In this document: positions 57,812 to 64,000 of the stretch, one piece after another
How positions within the stretch are numbered: the first letter of the stretch is position 1
Layout of the letters: each line of letters begins with the position of its first letter
Origin: an uncultured Bacteroidales bacterium
GTDB taxonomy: Bacteria; Bacteroidota; Bacteroidia; Bacteroidales; SZUA-534
Direction of reading: 5' to 3'
Assembly (NCBI GenBank): GCA_902790595.1
Contig: CADASL010000007.1
Location: 30,200-94,199, forward strand
DNA: 64,000 bases
Translations under genes and position numbers: made by a program
The notes under the pieces: model-generated
Databases searched by the model: none
What the model was told of the DNA's origin: nothing
What the model saw: only the letters and a program-made list of their open reading frames with translations

Positions 57812-58843
57812 TCAAAACAGCGTCCCCTGCTGTGGGTCGGGGCAGAAACGGGTGCGGCCCAAATGCTTGTAGGCTTTGTCGGTGGCTTCGCGGCCGCGCG
57901 GCGTGCGCTTGATGAAGCCTTCCTGGATGAGGAACGGCTCGTAGACTTCTTCCACAGTGCCGCCATCTTCGCCCACGGCGGTGGCAATGGTGGTGATACC
58001 CACAGGCCCGCCTTTGAACTTGTCGATGATGGTGGTGAGTATGCGGTTGTCCATCTCGTCGAGGCCGTACTGGTCGATATTCAGGGCGCGAAGCGAGAAC
58101 TGCGCAATCTTGAGGTCGATATGGCCCGAGCCTTTCACCTGCGCAAAGTCACGCACACGGCGCAAAAGGGCGTTGGCGATACGCGGCGTTCCGCGGCTGC
58201 GCGACGAAATCTCGAATGCCGCATCATCGTCAATCGGCACCTGAAGAATTGATGCCGAGCGTTTTACGATTTTCTTCAGCGTTTCAGCGTCGTAATATTC
58301 AAAATGCAGATTGATACCGAAGCGTGCGCGCAGCGGGCTTGTGAGCAGTCCTGCGCGGGTTGTGGCGCCAACCAATGTGAACGGGTTGAGCGACAATTGC
58401 ACCGAACGGGCGGCAGGACCCTTATCTATCAGAATATCAATCCGAAAATCTTCCATCGCCGAGTAGAGATACTCTTCGACAACGGGGTTGAGGCGGTGAA
58501 TCTCATCGATAAAAAGCACATCGTTTGGCTCAAGGCCTGTGAGGATTCCCGCAAGGTCGCCTGGCTTGTCGAGCACGGGGCCCGAGGTGATTTTGAAGCC
58601 CACGCCAAGCTCGTTTGCCACAATGTTGGCAAGAGTGGTTTTGCCCAATCCTGGCGGGCCGTTGAGCAGCAGGTGGTCGAGCGGCTCGCCGCGCATTTTG
58701 GCGGCCTGCACAAAAACTTTCAGGTTCTCAAGAATACGCGCCTGTCCGTTGAAGTCGTCGAACGTGAGCGGCCGCAACTTGTTTTCGTACTCTTTGTCAG
58801 ATATTATAGTGGCATTCTGCCGTATGTCAAAACTTTCGTCCAT
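57812..58843 (-). CDS. ruvB: Holliday junction branch migration helicase RuvB
   Basis: [12 protein letters not shown]..., Walker [18 protein letters not shown]. Start at MDESFDIRQ (58843). Confidence 0.95.
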   Translation of the reverse strand: MDESFDIRQNATIISDKEYENKLRPLTFDDFNGQARILENLKVFVQAAKMRGEPLDHLLLNGPPGLGKTTLANIVANELGVGFKITSGPVLDKPGDLAGILTGLEPNDVLFIDEIHRLNPVVEEYLYSAMEDFRIDILIDKGPAARSVQLSLNPFTLVGATTRAGLLTSPLRARFGINLHFEYYDAETLKKIVKRSASILQVPIDDDAAFEISSRSRGTPRIANALLRRVRDFAQVKGSGHIDLKIAQFSLRALNIDQYGLDEMDNRILTTIIDKFKGGPVGITTIATAVGEDGGTVEEVYEPFLIQEGFIKRTPRGREATDKAYKHLGRTRFCPDPQQGTLF

Positions 58844-58919
58844 AGGCGGCAAGATAGTGGAAAATTGGGAAATGGAAGGAGAAAAATATCGGCCCGTCAC
58901 TTTTTTTGAGCCGGGGCCA

Positions 58920-59348
58920 CTACCGCTCCGCCGGATCCTTCTTTCGGGGGCGCTCAGGCTGCGGCTTGTCGGAGTTCGAGGCTCCGCTGTCGTTTTTCAT
59001 CGCCTCGGCCTCGTAGATGGTGAGTTTCTCAATCACCTTGTTGTAAATCTGCTCGTACTCCTCAATGTGGCGGCTGTAGTAAATCATTGTGTTGCGGAAC
59101 TGGCGGGGTGTGATGTCGTACTTCTGAAGGACATAACCGTAAGAGCCCTCGATGCGGTCGCGGTCGCGGCTGATGCGTGAACCGGTGTACGACAGATAGC
59201 CGTCGGTGAGATGAATATCGACAAGCACATCGACCAAGCGGCCCTTCTTAATCTCGGGACGCGCCCCCTCATCGCGGCTGCACGACTGCGCCACCACGAA
59301 CACCATCATCACTGCCAGCAAAAACCTTCCTTTCATCTGCGAAAGCAT
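58920..59348 (-). CDS. DUF4296-like lipoprotein
   Basis: Lipobox [21 protein letters not shown] block. An alternative start is at 59336. Confidence 0.6.
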   Translation of the reverse strand: MLSQMKGRFLLAVMMVFVVAQSCSRDEGARPEIKKGRLVDVLVDIHLTDGYLSYTGSRISRDRDRIEGSYGYVLQKYDITPRQFRNTMIYYSRHIEEYEQIYNKVIEKLTIYEAEAMKNDSGASNSDKPQPERPRKKDPAER

Positions 59349-59373
59349 TACGGGGCCAAATATAAGTCAAATA

Positions 59374-59409
59374 AAAAAGCCGCCAACGCAGAGGCTGACG
59401 GCTTTTTTT
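59374..59409 (-). terminator. Possible terminator after the porP/sprF-like gene
   Basis: AAGCCG...CGGCTT stem flanked by A and T runs. The loop is long, so support is moderate. Confidence 0.45.
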
Positions 59410-59413
59410 GATG

Positions 59414-60364
59414 TTATCTAATCTTGCGTTTCGATTTCGACTTGCGGATGTCCTCAAACTTGACACCGAGCATAATCTCGTGCGAACCGTAGCTTGATGT
59501 GCTCAACTTCGACACTGTTAAATCGTAGGAGTAGCCGACGTTAATCATATCGTTGTAGTTGTAGCCCACAAACGCTATCACAGCCTCAGGATTCTTAAAG
59601 TTGTAGCGGAAGCCCAGACCGCCCCACACCATTTTCTGATAGATGACTCGGCAGTTGATGTCGGTCATAAAGTCGTAGTGCGGCACGGTTTTAATCAATA
59701 TCGACGGCTCAAGGTCGAAGTTGCGGTCGATGTTGTATTTGTATCCGCCCTGGATGTAGAAGTGCGGTTTCACACGGCCGTCTTTCACAATGTAATCGCC
59801 ATCGTACTTGTCGAGCAGCGACATATTGTTGAAGAACAGGTGGTTGAACGATATTCCGGCGTAGTACTGCGATGTGTAGAGATACACGCCCAGCGAACCG
59901 TCGGGATAAATCTTCTTATAAACCGTGTTCTGGAAACCATCGGCTCCCTCGTTCAACTCGTCAACATCAGCCAAATCGACCTTCTGCTGAACAACTCCCG
60001 CAAACAGACCTGCCGAAATGCGGATGTCGCCCGAGATGCGCACGTTGTAGCTGTACGAAGCGTAGGCGCCCATATTTCCGATAGGGCCGGTCACATCGTT
60101 GAAGATGTAACCGCCGTAACCCATAGGCAGCATTTTGTGCGGGCCGTAGCCACCGAGCATATAGGTTTGCGGAGCGTCTTTCACGCCGGCGAACTGATAC
60201 CGATAGTTGGTCTTAATCTGCCAATAGTCGCTTGTACCGCCAATCGCAGGGTTTAGCGCATACTCGTTAAACATATACTGCGAGAATTGTGGCAGCAATT
60301 GTGCTTTGGCACTGGGAGCCATCAGAATCGCTCCCGCAAACAAGGTTAAAATAATCCTCTTCAT
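59414..60364 (-). CDS. PorP/SprF family type IX secretion system membrane protein
   Basis: Signal peptide plus QLLPQFSQYMFNEYALNPAIGGT, the family's N-terminal signature. Beta-barrel-like remainder. Confidence 0.85.
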   Translation of the reverse strand: MKRIILTLFAGAILMAPSAKAQLLPQFSQYMFNEYALNPAIGGTSDYWQIKTNYRYQFAGVKDAPQTYMLGGYGPHKMLPMGYGGYIFNDVTGPIGNMGAYASYSYNVRISGDIRISAGLFAGVVQQKVDLADVDELNEGADGFQNTVYKKIYPDGSLGVYLYTSQYYAGISFNHLFFNNMSLLDKYDGDYIVKDGRVKPHFYIQGGYKYNIDRNFDLEPSILIKTVPHYDFMTDINCRVIYQKMVWGGLGFRYNFKNPEAVIAFVGYNYNDMINVGYSYDLTVSKLSTSSYGSHEIMLGVKFEDIRKSKSKRKIR

Positions 60365-60371
60365 AGCTGTA

Positions 60372-63300
60372 TTACCTTATAATTGTAACAGGTCCTGTAA
60401 CTTTCTTACCTCCAAGCACGCCGTCGCTGCATTGGATTACATAGTAGTAGGTGCCCGATGGAACAGGTTTGTTCTTCTCGTTGCGTCCACCCCACTCTTT
60501 AGTGTCGTATTCGCGGCCGCTGCCGGAATATTGCCATACGCGTCCGCCCCAGCGGTTGAACACGTAAATGGTTGCTTTGTCGTACGATGCCATACCGGCA
60601 ATCTTCCAAGTATCATTGTGGCCATCGCCGTTAGGTGTGAACACCTTGCGCGGCTTGATGGTGCTCTCAGCGTTAACCACCACGGTGTCGTAGTATGAGC
60701 AAGTGAGTGTTGTGTCGCTTATGCGATAAACGCCCTCGCTGTAGTCAGACAGTTCGAAGCGGACGCTGTCCCATACTTTGGCGATGAACCTGCCGTAGCC
60801 TTGTGCAACCAGCGGATTCTCGTTCATCGACGGCGATGTTGTCTCGATGCGGCCGATGAACAGACCCGACGTTGACGATTCGTTATTGTCGGCCGGAGCG
60901 CTCTGCCACAACCAACCGTTCTCAGCGTAAGCGAAGATGTTGTCGCTGAACTCGAACTCAAGCTGGTTGGCTGTCAGAGTGAGCAGACCGCCTTCGGGTA
61001 CTTGATACTCGCCATCGATAAGCAACTCGTCGGATGTAACGTCCTCCATATCGACAATTATCTGCAAGCCTTCAACCGGTCTCAGCGCTGTGGCTTTTAT
61101 CGAGTCGACGCTGATACACTGGTCGTTGGTAATCTCGAAGTAGTAGAACGTCTCGTATCCGTAAGGCTTGATGTCGTCGGCGTAAGCTCGCCAAGTGTCA
61201 CCCGAAACCTTCACGCTTCCGTCTTCACGGCTGCCGCTGGCCAATACCGATACCATACGGCCGCGGATTGTCTGGTGGTCGTAAACCGGGAGAAGTACCG
61301 GAACGGTGTCGGTCACTGCCGGATTGCCGGTTGTGTCAACTGCCGGAACAGAATCGGCTCTGAAGTAGATGCCTCGGTTGTACCTGTAGGCAACAGTGTC
61401 GGCAGTATTGGTAGTGCTGTCGTCAACTGCAGTGTTGTTCTCAACAGGCTTCTCCTCTTTTGCCGGCTCGGGCGCGGGTTCAACAGGCAAGAGTTTCTCT
61501 GCTTCCTCGTCGCTCAAGGTGTAGAACTTGTAGCTGAACGGACCGCCGTTCTCACCTGACTCAACATAAGCTGTAAGCTCCTTGTCGGGGCAAGTGAAGA
61601 TGGCCTTCGGAGTTCCAATGAAATGTGCGTCGGCCACAAGGTTGCTCTTGGCGCCAAGATTGAAAGCGTAAACGGTGTCGGCGCACAAAGTGTCAGCATA
61701 GCTGATGGTTATATTGTGCTTGCCGGCGGTCAGCTTAGTGAGAACGCTGTCGGCCTTGAACTCGCCATCATCAACCTTGAAGAAGAGTTTCAAATCGGCA
61801 CCCATAGTCTTGACATCCGGAGTCATCAATTTCGAAGCAAATGCCGTAACCACACCTTCGTTCGAAACGCTTCCGTCTTTCTTGAACATTCCGCACTCCG
61901 GCAATACATTTTCAATGATAGTGTCGAGCACGATTCTCGGACGCTTGGTGAACACCTGCAATGTGTCGTACTCACTGAAGCAGTCGCTGGTGTCGGCCAC
62001 GCGGACAAGGTACTTGCCAACCGTCAGACCCGGAGCGAATATTGCTGTGGTGTCTCCAATTGTATCGGTTTGGCAGACAACCATCATACTATCGCTGAAC
62101 AGTACATTCTTGTTGACGTCGAGCACCTCGAAGAAGTTGTACTTCTCAACGCCGCCTTGCAGATTCTCCAACTTAACCTCGCCGTCGTTGCTGTTGTAGC
62201 AAGAGTTTGGCTCGACGTTCGAAACTGCGAAGGAAACTCTCGGCAGTGAGTTGACGGTGAAGGCGATGGTGTCGCTGAGGCAACCACCTTCATCCACCAC
62301 AACAACCTTGTGTTCACCAGTCAAAAGGTGGCCTTCGAAAGTGAACGATGAGTCAACGGCAACCGATGCCTCGGCAATATACCTGTTCGTCAGTTCATTG
62401 TTGGCATCGTAAATATTATTGTCGTCGCTCATAAAGATGAACATTTCGTACTTGCGGTTCGGAACCTTGAATCCGCCATTCAGCGAGTCGAGTCTTACGA
62501 TTCCGTCAGCCTTTGTGAAGCAAGTGTTGTCTTTTACATTCGACAACTTGAATGAGATTGAATCAGGCTGATTTACATAAGCCGTGTCAGATTTCACACA
62601 AGTGTGATTATCAACATTTACGGTTACATTCACTATGTAAGCTCCGGCAGCAAGACCTTTAACCACGCTGTCTTCAGAAATTACTGTGCCTGGCAATGGC
62701 AGAGTGTCACCCTTGCTGTCAATCCACTTCATCCAAGAATATGTGAATGCACTAGCGTTCTCGATTGATGCCTCGACTTCCACTTTTCCGTTGGTCGAAC
62801 CAAAGCATCTCAAATCGACATCATTAGCTTTCACCTCAAACTTCGACTTGTCGCCAACCTCGACTGCCTTGTCATATTCGCAGCCTAATGCGTCCTCTAC
62901 GTGAATAGTGTACCATCCGGCGGCCAAACCTGTCGGGGCAATAACATCGTTCTGACTATTCTTGACGCTGATTGTAAACGGATAATAACCATTGTAGATG
63001 TCGTATGCTACCGCACTGTCGGCAGGAGCTTTGACTGTGATTGCGCCAGAAGTGGCATAGCAGTATGTGCTGTCGATTGTGATTGAATCGTTAGGAACAC
63101 GCAGCGCGATTGTCGGCTCACCAACCCAGATTGATGTGTCGCGAACCCTAACCAAAGAGCTGTCAAGCTGCCAAATCAAGCATTCATACCATCCGGCAGT
63201 CAAATTCGTGAATGTGGCTTCGTCACCTTCTTTAATCATTGGCTCCGACTCAACAGGCACTGAATTCGCATCAGTTGTCTTAACCCAATGGAATACATAA

Positions 63301-64000
63301 TCAACTCCGTCGTAACCACCGAAACCAGTAAGTTTCACCTTGCCGCCGTCGGTACCTTTACATTTAACCGAATCAATTGTAACAATTGCGTCGATAGGCT
63401 CATATTTCACCTCCAAAGTAGTGTCGATTGAGCAGCTGCTCTCATCGGTCACCGACAGATGGTATTTACCAGCCATACGTTTCTTCAACGTTGTGGTTGA
63501 GTCAGTATTCTCAATGTTTACTGCGGTGATTTCATTTCCAGGAACCTCAACGCTCCAATCATAAACGTAGGCGCCAATTCCACCGGCAACTTCAACGGTA
63601 AGACTACCATTGGCACGCTCCGGTGTTCCGTTCATATCAGGATAATTGGTGATAGGCTCGATAAAGCGCAGTGTGCTGTCGCCAAGGGCCTCAATAAGAG
63701 CCTCGGTAGAGCAACCGTGAGCGGTTGTAATCGTCAGTGTGGCGTTATTGCCGACATTGTTGATTGTGGTATCGTTTTGCGAATAACCTATTTGCGAATA
63801 ACCGCCCTTATTAATCCACTCAAGTTTGAACGAGCTGGCTGCAGCACCGTTTTCCATTACTTGCGATATGCGGATTTGGGCATCCTCACGCTCTTTGCAG
63901 GTAACACTCTTAACAATTTCGTAATTGAAATCAACCTGACCATTATCCTTAACAGTCAAAGTATCGGTGGCCTTGCAACCAAGCGAGTCGGTTACTACAA
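60372..64000 (-). CDS. Giant SprB-repeat cell-surface protein with a T9SS type-B C-terminal sorting domain (5' end outside the window)
   Basis: The frame stays open to nt 64000. Repeated C-x-G-x-x-(D/N)G-x-(I/V) SprB-type units (CFGSTNGKVEV, CYNSNDGEVKL, CKGTDGGKVKL, CFTKADGIVRL). The C-terminus KVFTPNGDGHNDTWKI...VFNRWGGRVW...VPSGTYYYVI is the gliding-motility-associated C-terminal domain. Confidence 0.85.
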   Translation of the reverse strand, partial: VVTDSLGCKATDTLTVKDNGQVDFNYEIVKSVTCKEREDAQIRISQVMENGAAASSFKLEWINKGGYSQIGYSQNDTTINNVGNNATLTITTAHGCSTEALIEALGDSTLRFIEPITNYPDMNGTPERANGSLTVEVAGGIGAYVYDWSVEVPGNEITAVNIENTDSTTTLKKRMAGKYHLSVTDESSCSIDTTLEVKYEPIDAIVTIDSVKCKGTDGGKVKLTGFGGYDGVDYVFHWVKTTDANSVPVESEPMIKEGDEATFTNLTAGWYECLIWQLDSSLVRVRDTSIWVGEPTIALRVPNDSITIDSTYCYATSGAITVKAPADSAVAYDIYNGYYPFTISVKNSQNDVIAPTGLAAGWYTIHVEDALGCEYDKAVEVGDKSKFEVKANDVDLRCFGSTNGKVEVEASIENASAFTYSWMKWIDSKGDTLPLPGTVISEDSVVKGLAAGAYIVNVTVNVDNHTCVKSDTAYVNQPDSISFKLSNVKDNTCFTKADGIVRLDSLNGGFKVPNRKYEMFIFMSDDNNIYDANNELTNRYIAEASVAVDSSFTFEGHLLTGEHKVVVVDEGGCLSDTIAFTVNSLPRVSFAVSNVEPNSCYNSNDGEVKLENLQGGVEKYNFFEVLDVNKNVLFSDSMMVVCQTDTIGDTTAIFAPGLTVGKYLVRVADTSDCFSEYDTLQVFTKRPRIVLDTIIENVLPECGMFKKDGSVSNEGVVTAFASKLMTPDVKTMGADLKLFFKVDDGEFKADSVLTKLTAGKHNITISYADTLCADTVYAFNLGAKSNLVADAHFIGTPKAIFTCPDKELTAYVESGENGGPFSYKFYTLSDEEAEKLLPVEPAPEPAKEEKPVENNTAVDDSTTNTADTVAYRYNRGIYFRADSVPAVDTTGNPAVTDTVPVLLPVYDHQTIRGRMVSVLASGSREDGSVKVSGDTWRAYADDIKPYGYETFYYFEITNDQCISVDSIKATALRPVEGLQIIVDMEDVTSDELLIDGEYQVPEGGLLTLTANQLEFEFSDNIFAYAENGWLWQSAPADNNESSTSGLFIGRIETTSPSMNENPLVAQGYGRFIAKVWDSVRFELSDYSEGVYRISDTTLTCSYYDTVVVNAESTIKPRKVFTPNGDGHNDTWKIAGMASYDKATIYVFNRWGGRVWQYSGSGREYDTKEWGGRNEKNKPVPSGTYYYVIQCSDGVLGGKKVTGPVTIIR

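Overview
This 64-kb window is a chromosomal segment of a Bacteroidota genome, probably Bacteroidales. Supporting signs are TAnnTTTG -7 promoter motifs, a tmRNA tag of GENSYALAA, type IX secretion (T9SS) cargo with a PorP/SprF partner, GH97/GH51 enzymes and several TonB paralogs. The core (27.7-44.7 kb, minus strand) is the conserved rpsL-rpsG-fusA-S10-spc-alpha ribosomal superoperon, which looks ordinary except that map is absent between secY and infA. Other housekeeping genes are ppdK, lon, valS, ruvB, tRNA-Lys(CTT) and ssrA. The flanks hold the accessory material.

- **Three cassettes share one architecture.** Each is bounded by a diverged second copy of the end of the neighbouring gene and has no recombinase nearby.
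  - 10.4-14.2 kb: methyltransferase, cysteine hydrolase, GNAT and PLP-decarboxylase. This cassette is AT-rich and uses Shine-Dalgarno sequences.
  - 20.2-21.8 kb: an orphan 243-aa protein plus a PNPOx-like protein.
  - 54.66-56.03 kb: an AAA ATPase.
- **TonB array (1-3.9 kb).** Five tandem genes carry seven TonB C-terminal modules, and three of the genes are anchorless signal-peptide forms.
- **lon is disrupted.** It appears to carry an out-of-frame internal deletion of about 50 nt.
- **IS200/RAYT-like gene (57.1-57.8 kb).** It is framed by 36-nt inverted repeats whose hairpin stems covary, plus TCTGAAAGA hairpins.
- **TBDR-YfiR operon (44.9-48.2 kb).** The TonB-dependent receptor has unusual helical insertions.
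- **T9SS cargo module (59.4-64 kb).** A giant SprB-repeat protein is followed by its PorP/SprF partner.

No CRISPR array, rRNA, integrase or prophage was seen. All calls come from reading the sequence and ORF translations by eye; no database search or numeric composition analysis was run.
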